DNA of 64,000 nucleotides, from the NCBI GenBank assembly GCA_050944835.1, contig JBMNRV010000004.1, forward strand, positions 12,695-76,694, written 5' to 3'. Position numbers and translations under genes: made by a program. The notes under the pieces were generated by a model. That model was not told where the DNA came from. It searched no databases and saw nothing but the letters and a program-made list of their open reading frames with translations. Each line of letters begins with the position of its first letter. The first letter of the stretch is position 1. Shown here piece after piece: positions 10,543 to 20,663 of this stretch. The DNA comes from Kiritimatiellia bacterium. GTDB lineage: Bacteria > Verrucomicrobiota > Kiritimatiellia > JAAZAB01.

Positions 10543-11913
10543 CTACGGCGTATTCAATGGCGCTACTTCTATAATTTCTGCGGCAAGGAAGGTTCTAAAA
10601 ATACCCGGCTCGATTTCAAGCTTGATATCGCCATTATTGAAACGCTCCCGGATAATTCCCTTGAAGGTGAAAGCCGGCCCCTCGCCGGTACGGATGATAT
10701 GCGTAGGCACAAATTCCACCGGCCGCAAGCGCATTTTTTCGTGGATAATCTCGGTCTGGCCTTGAGCAAGCGTCCGCGTATGAGTTACATCGTAATAGCC
10801 CTGACGGGTTAATTGCAAGGTTTGCCGGCCAGGAGCAACAAAATCCAGCGCCATCTGCTCGGAAATGCGTTCCGTACCGCGGGCCACAGTCACGCCGCGA
10901 TTTTCGCCGTTCAGAAAAACCGTCACCCCTGGTGGCTCGGTGGTAATAAGCAGTGTTCCGCCAACGCGTTCCAGCTTTAATTCCACCAACAGATTCCCAC
11001 CGAGCGATAAAACATTGGTGGAAGACACGGGCGCATAGCCGCGCAACTCCGCCCGCAGCACGTATTGACCGGGCGCCAACCCTTCGGCCAGAAATGGCGC
11101 ATCCCCGTAATATTGATCATTCAGGAAAATTCGCGCTCCCGGTGGATCGGTATGCACCGTCAGGTTACCGGGCAGTGGAGTCAACACAATGTTTACTTTA
11201 TGCTCCACCCCCGCTTTGACGACGAACTCCTCCCGATATGGGGTGTATCCAGCCAACGTCAGATCCAGCACGTGCTGACCGGCAGGCAGGCGCGGCTGCC
11301 GGAAGGGCGTCTGCCCTAACTCGGCGCCATTCAAAACCACCTGAGCGCCGGGCGGCTTGGTTTCAACTATCAAGCGTCCAGCATCAGAATCCAAACGCGT
11401 TTTGACCAATACCGGGACGCGATCCGGCACTTCGGCTTCGATCACTTTGGGCAAGTGCCCCGGAGCGCTGAATCGGATTTGATGCCTCCCTAAGTGAATA
11501 TTCGGCAGCAGCAGCGGCGTTTTGCCATAATGCACACCGTTTATTTCCACATCCGCACCTGCGGGATGGGCTTGCACCAACAGCAAGCCACGCAATGGCT
11601 CCATCTTCAAATCCACTGGGATGCGCTCACCCGCACGCGCATTGATCGTTATCCGTGTCTCTTCGTAACCAGACTTTCGAGCGGCCAACAGGTGATCGCC
11701 GGGGCGGACCTGTAAGGTCGCCGGAGTGGATGCCTGCAAGACGCCATCCAATACCAACGACGCACCGGATGGATCAGATGTAATGTAAATCTGACAGGGA
11801 CGATTAGCATCCGCCGGACGCGATGGGCCACATCCAGTCAGGCTGACAAAGGCAAGGCACATCGCAAAGGTGGCGCATTGTATTAACGACTTTATAAGCT
11901 GGCTTAATTTCAT
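10543..11913 (-). CDS. PEGA-domain repeat lipoprotein
   Basis: Lipobox SLTGC. It has 5-6 repeats of the PEGA pattern (PSGASLVLDG, PAGADVEINGVHYGKTP, PPGAQVVLNGAELGQTPF, PPGARIFLNDQYYGDAPF, PPGVTVFLNGENRG). Confidence 0.7.
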   Translation of the reverse strand: MKLSQLIKSLIQCATFAMCLAFVSLTGCGPSRPADANRPCQIYITSDPSGASLVLDGVLQASTPATLQVRPGDHLLAARKSGYEETRITINARAGERIPVDLKMEPLRGLLLVQAHPAGADVEINGVHYGKTPLLLPNIHLGRHQIRFSAPGHLPKVIEAEVPDRVPVLVKTRLDSDAGRLIVETKPPGAQVVLNGAELGQTPFRQPRLPAGQHVLDLTLAGYTPYREEFVVKAGVEHKVNIVLTPLPGNLTVHTDPPGARIFLNDQYYGDAPFLAEGLAPGQYVLRAELRGYAPVSSTNVLSLGGNLLVELKLERVGGTLLITTEPPGVTVFLNGENRGVTVARGTERISEQMALDFVAPGRQTLQLTRQGYYDVTHTRTLAQGQTEIIHEKMRLRPVEFVPTHIIRTGEGPAFTFKGIIRERFNNGDIKLEIEPGIFRTFLAAEIIEVAPLNTP

Positions 11914-13202
11914 TTCCGTTTTAAATTGCGTTCCACGTCAATCAGGCGGCGGCGCGCGCGGGCGTGGCGCTCATCCGCGCGGTCAGGCACACGGTCGCAA
12001 ATCGTCCGCAACTGGCTGGCGGCTTCGCTCCAATCCTTCAGTTTGATTGCGCGTTCCGCCAGAAATTCATGGTTTTTGACAATTTCATCCAATTCACGTT
12101 TTGCTGCCTCAAGCAAGGCAACAGCATCCGTGTAAAAATCCGGCTTTGGCAGGATGGTTTCCAAATACCATTCCGTCTCCTGCAATGCGCGGATGGCGCC
12201 GGCCAGATTTTCGTTGCGCACCAGACGCTGGTCATACAGACCACGCCCCTGCAGGAAGGCCGCTTGAGCTAACTCCAGCAGTTTGTCGGGCGTTATGGCC
12301 AGAGCCGCCAATCCTAGTTCGTTCTGCGCAAATTCCTCCAACAACTCACGCAGGCGCCGGAAGGCGTCCGGCTCCAACACATTCAAAACCTTGACACGCC
12401 CGGTCCGCCTTCCGATGGTTATGCGCAGGTCCAACTGATCCCAGACATTCGTAGCGAGCCCTTTGTATTCAGGGCGCATCTCGAAAAAGCCGGAACTATG
12501 TATTTCTTCCGTCAGACGCCGGACAGTTTCAGCATCTATTTTCTTGTGCCGTCCACCCGGCACATGCCGGTTATTTTCCAAGTCGTCAATCTGTACCGAT
12601 AATTCCCGATTGCGCAATTGCAGAGCGTAGCGGAAAATATTCTGCGTACTACCCTGCACTTTTTCATACTCAATTTCCAAGTCATCTGAAGCGCTGACAC
12701 CCGGTGATGTGGCATGGTCGCCACCAGATGACGACAGCCCGATTCCAGACTTCAATATTATAACTGCCACAGCCACAAGTAGAACCATCAGGAATGCAAC
12801 CAGCGCTACAAATTTCGCACGGGCGCCGGCAGGTGTTCCGCTCGGTGTAACGTCTGTCGGCGCGGGCGCCGCAAAAAGGTTCTGCGGCGCGGCGGGGGGT
12901 TGATCGTTGATCACCTTAATTTCAGTGGCGCCGATAGTCAGGATGTCGCCCGTATGCAAGCGGGCCAAATGCAACGGTTGGTGGTTAAGTAAAGTCTGGT
13001 TCGCGCTGCCCAAATCTTCCGCCCACAAGCCTTCTCCCGGCTTGAAAAAAAAGCGGCAGTGAAAGCGCGACATAGCGGGGTCGCGCAGGGCAATGTCGTT
13101 ACTGGAAGAACGCCCCAGACGTGCCGCCCCGCCGACAATGCTGAATGTTCGCCCGGCATCCTGTCCCGCGACTATTAACAAATTGGCTGACGGCTTATCC
13201 AT
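11910..13202 (-). CDS. FHA-domain membrane protein (N-terminal cytoplasmic FHA, one TM, periplasmic C-domain); 4-bp overlap with the downstream PEGA gene
   Basis: FHA signature in GRTFSIVGGAARLGRSSSNDIALRDPAMSRFHCRFFF...GSANQTLLNHQPL. Hydrophobic segment KFVALVAFLMVLLVAVAVIIL. Confidence 0.7.
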   Translation of the reverse strand: MDKPSANLLIVAGQDAGRTFSIVGGAARLGRSSSNDIALRDPAMSRFHCRFFFKPGEGLWAEDLGSANQTLLNHQPLHLARLHTGDILTIGATEIKVINDQPPAAPQNLFAAPAPTDVTPSGTPAGARAKFVALVAFLMVLLVAVAVIILKSGIGLSSSGGDHATSPGVSASDDLEIEYEKVQGSTQNIFRYALQLRNRELSVQIDDLENNRHVPGGRHKKIDAETVRRLTEEIHSSGFFEMRPEYKGLATNVWDQLDLRITIGRRTGRVKVLNVLEPDAFRRLRELLEEFAQNELGLAALAITPDKLLELAQAAFLQGRGLYDQRLVRNENLAGAIRALQETEWYLETILPKPDFYTDAVALLEAAKRELDEIVKNHEFLAERAIKLKDWSEAASQLRTICDRVPDRADERHARARRRLIDVERNLKRK

Positions 13203-13306
13203 AACACGAGGTGAGGGTCAAGCAACTTCTGAATCGTTGACGCTACCGGCATGCCGGGTATTACGGCAGAAATAACGCATACGACGCCCGAACGCCCGGG
13301 TTGGGG

Positions 13307-13930
13307 TTATTCTCCCGATGGCAATTCAATATTCGCTGGCGGCAGGCCGTCATCCGCGACTGGAAAACCCTCTTTGGGCAGCGGCAATTCCGATTGCCGC
13401 ACCGCATAGGGGTTATAGTTACGGCGCGACTCGTTTTCGTCCGTCAGTGTAAGCTCATAACGCTCTGCCAGTCGTTTCCATTCACGCGGTGTAAATCGGC
13501 AGACATCATCCAAACCATTGAATAAATCCGCTGGCTGCAAAGTTGGAAATCGCAGCGTCTTAGGCGCTATCGCCATCACAGCAGCCTCCAAAGATGGCGA
13601 CAGCACGCCGGGTCCACCAATCAGCGCTACAGAGACATCAGCAGGTAATGCACGCAGATTTTCCGCGAATTCCATTTCTGAGAGCAAGCGCCAAGCTCCG
13701 GCCTCCCACAGAAAAACATCCGGCGCAGGACGGCCCGGGTCTGTCCGGTAAGCAAAAATCGTGACACCTCGCAAATGTTGCAAGTCAAAAGCCATCTGCA
13801 ACGGGCGCAGACGCGCCGGCGTTACCAGAGCCGGAGGCGCAGTACGCGGCGGACGCGGCGCCATGGCAGGCGCCGACAATACTCCCACCAGACATCCGAC
13901 CAACAACAATACCAGAGCGAATTTACGCAT
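13307..13930 (-). CDS. Hypothetical secreted Pro-rich protein
   Basis: The ATG at 13930 gives signal peptide MRKFALVLLLVGCLVGVLSAPAMA, with AGGAG 6 nt upstream. No assignable domain. Confidence 0.45.
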   Translation of the reverse strand: MRKFALVLLLVGCLVGVLSAPAMAPRPPRTAPPALVTPARLRPLQMAFDLQHLRGVTIFAYRTDPGRPAPDVFLWEAGAWRLLSEMEFAENLRALPADVSVALIGGPGVLSPSLEAAVMAIAPKTLRFPTLQPADLFNGLDDVCRFTPREWKRLAERYELTLTDENESRRNYNPYAVRQSELPLPKEGFPVADDGLPPANIELPSGE

Positions 13931-14039
13931 GACTGAACTCCTGTTATACTTCATTTAAACGCACACACCATACCGACGGTGGGTATACCTCATCTTTATG
14001 TTTTAAGACAGTATAAATTTAACAAACCTTAACGTATTG

Positions 14040-15206
14040 TCAATAGCCGTCAATAGCCGCCAGTTTTAGGTATGCCTCCAAAGTGCGCAGGGCGGTTTCC
14101 TCCCACCTGGCTCGCCGTGCACGCTCCATCCCACGCGCAATCAAGGTTTCCGACAGACCCGGCTCACTCAGCACTTGCATCAAAGCGCGCGCTAGCGCGC
14201 TGGAGTCACGCGGATCAACCTGTAAGGCCGCATCGCCGACAACCTCAGGCAACGACGCACAATTGGAACAGACTACTGGTGTGCCGCAAGCCATCGCCTC
14301 CAGCACCGGCAGACCAAACCCTTCGTAAAACGAAGGCAACGTGAAAACATCCGCCCGGCGGTATTCCTCCAGCAACTGCGAATCGGATAAATACCCTAAC
14401 CACACCACCGCCTCCGCCACCCCCAATTCCTGCGCCAGACGCGGCGCCTCCGGGTACCGCGGGTCCATCGCACCGGCTAACCGTAACTCCACGGGAAATT
14501 GTGCTATCCTTCGCAATTCTGCGAAAGCCCGCAGCAGACCGCTCAGATTTTTGTAGGGATCCGGGCGTCCGACCCAGAAAATTTTCCTGACGGCTCCGGG
14601 CGCCGGACTGGCACGTACAGGGCCCGGTGTGAAGCGGGACGACACACCTTCGCCGATCACCGCTAATGCCGGTGGCCGCCGCAAACCGCTCAACAAGCTA
14701 TTTTCAATATCGCGCCGGGATATTTCACTAACCGTAATAATCAGGTCGGTACGGCGCACTACTTCACGCATTAAGCGGCGGTAAACAAAAAACAGACGGC
14801 GCTTGCGTGCCCGCGGGGCATATTGCGGGAAGAGCAAAGGGATAAGATCATGCAGGGTTATGACGCATTTGACCGGTCCTGCCCTCCCCGCCGGGAAGGC
14901 GCCCAAGGGTATCATGTAATTAGGCGAATGAAACAGATCCAGCCGTAAAGTGCGCAGCAGACGTGGCATGAGTAATTGCCCACGCGGAGAAAACAGCCCG
15001 TATGGCAACAACTGTGTGGTAAAATTCGACCGCCCGGCAAAGCCGGTCTCCTCCGCCATACGCGCCATTACTTCCGCATCCTGGAAAAACAAAACGAATT
15101 CGTGGTCATGATCCAAGCGGACAAACTGACTCAGTAATTCACGAGTATAGGAACCAATGCCGGAAATTTCAGGGAAAATCCAACGCGCATCCAAGCCGAT
15201 TCTCAT
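14040..15206 (-). CDS. Glycosyltransferase family 4 (GT4)
   Basis: [18 protein letters not shown] motif. Start chosen at MRIGLDAR because it forms an ATGA overlap with the stop of the upstream GT4. Confidence 0.8.
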   Translation of the reverse strand: MRIGLDARWIFPEISGIGSYTRELLSQFVRLDHDHEFVLFFQDAEVMARMAEETGFAGRSNFTTQLLPYGLFSPRGQLLMPRLLRTLRLDLFHSPNYMIPLGAFPAGRAGPVKCVITLHDLIPLLFPQYAPRARKRRLFFVYRRLMREVVRRTDLIITVSEISRRDIENSLLSGLRRPPALAVIGEGVSSRFTPGPVRASPAPGAVRKIFWVGRPDPYKNLSGLLRAFAELRRIAQFPVELRLAGAMDPRYPEAPRLAQELGVAEAVVWLGYLSDSQLLEEYRRADVFTLPSFYEGFGLPVLEAMACGTPVVCSNCASLPEVVGDAALQVDPRDSSALARALMQVLSEPGLSETLIARGMERARRARWEETALRTLEAYLKLAAIDGY

Positions 15207-16360
15207 GCCACTACTCCACGGTAAACATCCCAAGTGCGCCGGGCTGTCTCATGCCAGGTATATTGCGCCGCCCGCACCCGACCGCGCGCCACCAATTCCA
15301 TACGCAATTTCCGGTCATCCAACAGATTTGATACCGCCGCCGACCAGGCCTCTGAATCGAATTCCGGTATAATCCGGGCGCCATCGCCCAGAACTTCCGG
15401 CAGTGAGCCTCCGGCTGAAGCCACAACCGGCGTGCCACAGGCCATTGCCTCCAGCGGCGGGAAACCAAAACCCTCGTAGAGCGATGGAAACAACATCAAT
15501 TCCGCTCCCGCGTATAATAATGGCAACTCACCATCCGCTGCATCCGCCAGCCATCGGATACGCGCGGCGCGTGGCGAATTGCGCATCCGTTCCAGAATTG
15601 CCTCATATTTCCAGCCAGGTCGGCCGACAATCACCAGATCGCCGTCAAACCCGCCTAACCGTTCAAACACCTCGATCAAAAACGTATAATTCTTACGTGG
15701 TTCCAGCGTACCCACTGATAGGATATAAGGACGTTCCAGACCGCGCAGGAGACGCTCGGTGATCACAACGTCAGCTGATGGCTCAGCAAATTCGCTGCCG
15801 ATACCCAAGGGCACGGCCGTGACTTTACCGCGGCACTCCGGCAGCATCTCTTCCATTTCGGCGGCACAAAAATTGGAGTCGGTGATAATTGCATCGGCAC
15901 GCGCCACGGTCCGGTTCAAGCGCGCGCGCAGATAAGCCAGATTGCGCGTTTCCGCGCAATCCGGATGGCGTATAAAACTCAGGTCGTGAATGGTAACCAC
16001 GGCCCGGCCGCGCCGCAGAGGCGGGACGATAAAATTCGGAAAATGATAAACATCAGCCGGCCCGGCCAGACTGTCGAAAGGCGGCCACCCCAGACGTTTC
16101 CAAGCCTGCTGCACCAATTGTCCGGGCAGCCAGCGCACCGCTCGTGCCCGGAGGCCAGCGGGCAAGTTGGTGTCGGCGCGCCGGCGGAAATCGAAATAAA
16201 AACCGCTGATTTCGTCCGTTCCACGCAACTCGCTCAGGTGGATCGCCAACATTCTGGTATAGCGTCCGATGCCAGCCCGTTGGGCAATGGCGGATTGAAT
16301 ATCAAGACAGATATGCACTTGTTTTTCCATATTGAATGTGCGGACAAATGCCGCTATCAT
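15203..16360 (-). CDS. Glycosyltransferase family 4 (GT4)
   Basis: [20 protein letters not shown] motif. The start is uncertain (alternative ATG at 16330). Confidence 0.8.
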   Translation of the reverse strand: MIAAFVRTFNMEKQVHICLDIQSAIAQRAGIGRYTRMLAIHLSELRGTDEISGFYFDFRRRADTNLPAGLRARAVRWLPGQLVQQAWKRLGWPPFDSLAGPADVYHFPNFIVPPLRRGRAVVTIHDLSFIRHPDCAETRNLAYLRARLNRTVARADAIITDSNFCAAEMEEMLPECRGKVTAVPLGIGSEFAEPSADVVITERLLRGLERPYILSVGTLEPRKNYTFLIEVFERLGGFDGDLVIVGRPGWKYEAILERMRNSPRAARIRWLADAADGELPLLYAGAELMLFPSLYEGFGFPPLEAMACGTPVVASAGGSLPEVLGDGARIIPEFDSEAWSAAVSNLLDDRKLRMELVARGRVRAAQYTWHETARRTWDVYRGVVA

Positions 16361-16369
16361 TCCAACTTA

Positions 16370-16576
16370 ATGCAAGCAAAGAAACAATTCGACAAATTCA
16401 GCGCTTCGGAAATTTACTGTCCGCGCTGTGGCAGACTGCGCCAAGTCCGCGAACGTCTGCTGCTGGTGCTGCCGCGAGCGGAAATCTTCGAATACCGTTG
16501 CGTTGTCTGCGCCGAATCGCTTGGCACAAGGGAAGTTACCGCCGGCCAAGCGGACACTCCGCCATTCTCAACATGA
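16370..16576 (+). CDS. Small (68-aa) zinc-ribbon protein, two CxxC pairs (CPRCG...CVVCA)
   Basis: Only the last 68 codons of the listed 15965-16576 ORF are intergenic; the rest is antisense to the GT4 gene. An ATG at 16370 begins MQAKKQFDKFSASEIYCPRCG. Confidence 0.35.
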   Translation: MQAKKQFDKFSASEIYCPRCGRLRQVRERLLLVLPRAEIFEYRCVVCAESLGTREVTAGQADTPPFST

Positions 16577-16765
16577 CCACCGCAGCAACAACAGGATTGC
16601 GATTATAGCCGTCACAATCAACCAGACGGGACGGGGCGGCGGCGCTTCTCCGCGATACTGCGGCTCCTCATCAATACTGCGCCGACGCATATAATCTCTA
16701 TCAGCCAACCCCATGCCATCCCCCCGAATTTATCACGCACAAAAGTCTAACACCCCTATATAACG

Positions 16766-17245
16766 TCAAGCATCGCCTGACGCAGCGACCAACGGCACCA
16801 CCAGCACAGCGCACTCAGCCTTACGCACTACTTTTTCTGCCACACTGCCGAACAGCACACGCCCCAATGGACTGCGCCCCTGTCGCCCGACCACCAACAA
16901 GTCGGCTTTTACCTCAGCAGCATATTTCAAAATTTCAACCGCATCCACGCCGATCAGAATTGCCACCTCCAACCGGAGATCCGCCGGCATGCGTTTGGAA
17001 TAGGTCTCTTGAACTTTGGCGTTAATATCGTGGTACGCTTTCCGGTTGACGCCGTCAATATCGTTGATGTAAGCCCTCCAAAACTGGGCATCCGGCTCGG
17101 GAATAACGTGCAAGAGCCGCAGCACACCGCTGCCGCCGCGTCGCGCTTCCTCAACGGCAAAACCGAACGCACGGTCGGCGTTTGTCGAAAAGTCAGTGCA
17201 GAACAACACATTCTTGAACAATCCACCGTTATCTGTTTTCGGCAT
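16766..17245 (-). CDS. uspA: Universal stress protein (UspA family)
   Basis: 159 aa with a Usp ATP-binding-type C-terminus (VVGRQGRSPLGRVLFGSVAEKVVRKAECAVLVV). Confidence 0.8.
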   Translation of the reverse strand: MPKTDNGGLFKNVLFCTDFSTNADRAFGFAVEEARRGGSGVLRLLHVIPEPDAQFWRAYINDIDGVNRKAYHDINAKVQETYSKRMPADLRLEVAILIGVDAVEILKYAAEVKADLLVVGRQGRSPLGRVLFGSVAEKVVRKAECAVLVVPLVAASGDA

Positions 17246-17491
17246 ACATCCCTCCCATCTTTAGTATAAGTTTAACCTAAAAAGAACAGTTGGCAAGTTT
17301 ACCGCAGCGTACCCCCCGAACACACAACCGGACTTTCGGAATACAACAGCAATAGTGCCACATTCGGCGAATGAAACAAGCGCAAAATTGCAAAGTTTGG
17401 GCTTGACAGTACGCTCGATATCGGAACACTATACAGCAGGGGGCTGAATACGTGACGGGGCATGGCGGCAAATAGCCCAAGGAGCGGTGAC

Positions 17492-19771
17492 ATGTTTATT
17501 AATTGGCGCAAGTTAATCCCAGTCGCACTGATGGCGATCGTATTCTCTGCCTTTCAGGCTGCGGGGCAAATTCTGGAAATCACTTATCCTGATCAAGTGC
17601 TGGACTTTCCGGAAACTGCCGAATTTGCCGGCATCGAAGCCGGTAAAGCATGGGATATGTCAGAACTTTACGACATTACCTACCGCTACGGCTTTCACGA
17701 GCCGTTTATACCGCCAACCGGCGGCATCTGGAAAGGCTGCGCTTACGATTTGGATTTACCGGCACTTTTTCATCCGCTCTTCCGGGGCGTCATATCCGAT
17801 CCGGGGTATCCGCAGTATTTCACCATGCATACTCCCGGCACGCCATATGGCCCATTGAACCCTGTCAATACCGAGAATTATAACCGGCTATCTTTCCGGC
17901 ACGCGCTGGATGCCACAAACCGCTCGTTATGTCAAATTCTCTGGAACCACACCATCCTTGAAAACGAAACCAATTGCTTGTATTTCGCCGACGGCGATTA
18001 CGCCCGCGCTGGCGGTTCCAACACTCCCGTTCCGAACACCGACGGTTTCCGGATTTATGACATAGACTTGGCTGGCGGCATATTCAGCGAAGATTGTCTG
18101 CCGGAATGGGACAAACCAACAACCATAGGCGCTTGGACCGGTACGGTTTATGGATTCGTTATTGTGCCGTCTGTCTATGCCCGGCGCGGCATGGAATATG
18201 CCCTGGATTGGATTCGCCTGTACCGTTCCGATACCAACACCTGTATCCCATTAACTTGGACTGCCAACGACCTGCATCCCCAAGCAAACTTGGTATCCCT
18301 GCAACTATACGTCGCCACCAACAACATAGGCGATCCGGGCGATCTTTTTCTCTCCGGTATCGCCAATGACGGCGAAATGGAATTCCATACCGGCGCCTTG
18401 CCACCGGGCGAATACTATCTTTATCTGAAAGCCGTACTGGATACCGGTGACGGGTTTGACGAGCTAGCCCGCAGCGCCTACTCGCCCATGATCCGCATTA
18501 ATGCGCGCCCGACATTTGATTTCACGGCGCCATCATTCACCAGCGGTGTGGAATATGCCACCGCTGAACGCGGCAACCCGTGGGATATGAATGACGTTGG
18601 GGATTTTGACATCGGGCGCGTCACCGGCATTACCGACGCGGCGCTTGATAATGGCATATTGTACGCCACCACTGTAAATGACGATCCGCAAATAGCCTTG
18701 AGCTTGCGGCGTCCCGATGGCACGATGGCGCCGATCCCCACCGCCGACTATCGTTACCTAACCTTCCGCATGTATTTCAACCCATCGAATTATCCATCAT
18801 CCGCTTTTACCAATTTTCATGAACGCAGCCATATTCTGGGCGGCGTGGCACGCTGGCAATGGGTTTACACGGATTTCGAGCTTGACCAATCCTACACCAA
18901 AGATTTGATCCTGCATGAAGGCTGGAACAATTACACGGTGGATTTATGGGATGACGCTCTACTGGAAACCCGCAATGCTCCGCCAAATGCCGGCTGGACA
19001 AATATCCCCGAAGTGAATTACCTGATTTTTCATCCGATAGAGTCCAGTGTTCTTATGCCGATGCGTCTGGATTGGGTAAAACTGTGTGCGCCCAATAAGC
19101 CGAATAACCACTACTATAAATTCCAGTGGCAAGCCGGCGACGCCGATGGCGACCCCCTCAACATCACCCTGTTTTACGGCAAGGGAACCGGTACAAACTT
19201 CACGGGAACCGCGATTGTCACCCTGACCAACCAAACACCAGGCCCTGGCGCCTTCACTTGGTACACCGGAGAGGTGCCAGCCGGCGAATACACCATCCGC
19301 GCCATCGTTTCCGATGGCTGCAACACGTTGACGCGGGACGCGCCGGCGCCACTGATTGTCGGGCCACCAAAGCCGCGCTTCCCTACCCCCCTGCTCCGTG
19401 GCAATGGCGTTCAGGACCACCTGATTTTGCGCGCCGGTGACACATTGACAGTGACGGCGGAAGTGGATGCCGGCGACTATACCGGACTGGAAGCCGAATG
19501 GTGGCTTGCAGCCTGGGACACCAAACGAAATTGCTGGTATTATCTGAATTCCGCCATGCTTTGGACGAAGTTTGACGGCAACCTTTCGACTTTCCCCCCA
19601 GTCTATCGTGGCCCTCTACTCCACCTGCCGCCAACAGAAGCATTACGCGATTTTCCGCCACCGGCAGGCGATTATTACCTTTTCTTCGCGCTGGACCTTG
19701 CCGATGGCCGGCTGAACTATCCGGAAGGCCCGATAGTCTATAATCAATTGCGGGTTACGGTCACCCCATGA
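17492..19771 (+). CDS. Large secreted hypothetical protein (~760 aa), translationally coupled to the downstream GT2
   Basis: AAGGAG lies 7 nt before the ATG at 17492. Signal peptide MFINWRKLIPVALMAIVFSAFQAAGQ. The stop overlaps the GT2 start (ATGA). Confidence 0.55.
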   Translation: MFINWRKLIPVALMAIVFSAFQAAGQILEITYPDQVLDFPETAEFAGIEAGKAWDMSELYDITYRYGFHEPFIPPTGGIWKGCAYDLDLPALFHPLFRGVISDPGYPQYFTMHTPGTPYGPLNPVNTENYNRLSFRHALDATNRSLCQILWNHTILENETNCLYFADGDYARAGGSNTPVPNTDGFRIYDIDLAGGIFSEDCLPEWDKPTTIGAWTGTVYGFVIVPSVYARRGMEYALDWIRLYRSDTNTCIPLTWTANDLHPQANLVSLQLYVATNNIGDPGDLFLSGIANDGEMEFHTGALPPGEYYLYLKAVLDTGDGFDELARSAYSPMIRINARPTFDFTAPSFTSGVEYATAERGNPWDMNDVGDFDIGRVTGITDAALDNGILYATTVNDDPQIALSLRRPDGTMAPIPTADYRYLTFRMYFNPSNYPSSAFTNFHERSHILGGVARWQWVYTDFELDQSYTKDLILHEGWNNYTVDLWDDALLETRNAPPNAGWTNIPEVNYLIFHPIESSVLMPMRLDWVKLCAPNKPNNHYYKFQWQAGDADGDPLNITLFYGKGTGTNFTGTAIVTLTNQTPGPGAFTWYTGEVPAGEYTIRAIVSDGCNTLTRDAPAPLIVGPPKPRFPTPLLRGNGVQDHLILRAGDTLTVTAEVDAGDYTGLEAEWWLAAWDTKRNCWYYLNSAMLWTKFDGNLSTFPPVYRGPLLHLPPTEALRDFPPPAGDYYLFFALDLADGRLNYPEGPIVYNQLRVTVTP

Positions 19772-20652
19772 AAAATGGCAAACCATTGATTTCCGTCATC
19801 ATTCCCGCCTATAACCACGAGCGATTCATCGGCGCCTCGATTGAGAGCGTTCTAAATCAGACCTACGAGAACCTGGAGCTGATCATCGTAGATGATGGCT
19901 CTACAGACGGCACGCCGGATGTAATCGCCGGGTTCCGTGACGCACGCATCCGGGCGGTACGTCAAACCAATCAGGACGCATATAACGCCTTGAACCGCGG
20001 CATGTCTATGGCCGAAGGCGCTATCATCACTATTTTAAATTCCGACGACGTTTTTGCGCTCGACCGTTTGGAAGTCCTCTTAGACCGGCGTGCGCAGACG
20101 GGCGCAGCCTGCATTTTTACCAATGTGCGCCCAGTAGATGCTCAGGGGCAACCATTGCCGGACAGCCACCCCTGGCGCGCTTGGCACGAACGCAATCGCC
20201 GCTTCTATTTCGATTGCGGCGACCTTTACACCGCATTTCTGAAGGGCAACCTGATGATCGGCACCTCCAATCTTTTTCTGGATGCGGAACTAGCCCGCAA
20301 GGTGGGCGAATTTGCGCCATTGCGTTATCTGCACGATTACGATTATATCTTCCGTGTAATGACGGCAGCGCCCGGACGCGTGGATTATATGCACGACCGC
20401 GAGCTATGGGACTACCGGTTGCACGGCTCCAACACTATCAGCCGTGGAGCAGTGACCGCCCGCGAACAGGATCAAGCCCTGATTATGCGCTATCTATTGT
20501 CCGGCCTGCCGGAAACCTGTCGTCCGCGCGCAGCCGCCGGCGCCGAACGCCTATTGGAATTGGAGCGCGAGCTGCAGATTGAGCGCCATCGTCTGGCGCA
20601 TCCCTGGCGCTGGAAGTTGTCGCGCATCCTGGCCGCCGCGCGCGGAAAGTGA
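19768..20652 (+). CDS. Glycosyltransferase family 2 (GT2)
   Basis: ISVIIPAYNHERFIGASIESVLNQTY...LIIVDDGSTDGT is a classic GT2 N-terminal signature. Confidence 0.8.
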   Translation: MKNGKPLISVIIPAYNHERFIGASIESVLNQTYENLELIIVDDGSTDGTPDVIAGFRDARIRAVRQTNQDAYNALNRGMSMAEGAIITILNSDDVFALDRLEVLLDRRAQTGAACIFTNVRPVDAQGQPLPDSHPWRAWHERNRRFYFDCGDLYTAFLKGNLMIGTSNLFLDAELARKVGEFAPLRYLHDYDYIFRVMTAAPGRVDYMHDRELWDYRLHGSNTISRGAVTAREQDQALIMRYLLSGLPETCRPRAAAGAERLLELERELQIERHRLAHPWRWKLSRILAAARGK

Positions 20653-20663
20653 TAATCTGCGGT

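Noticed and set aside
15965-16576. 203-aa plus-strand ORF
   Set aside because: Most of it is antisense to the GT4 gene. Only the last 68 codons (16370-16576) are intergenic, so it is reported as a small Zn-ribbon ORF instead.
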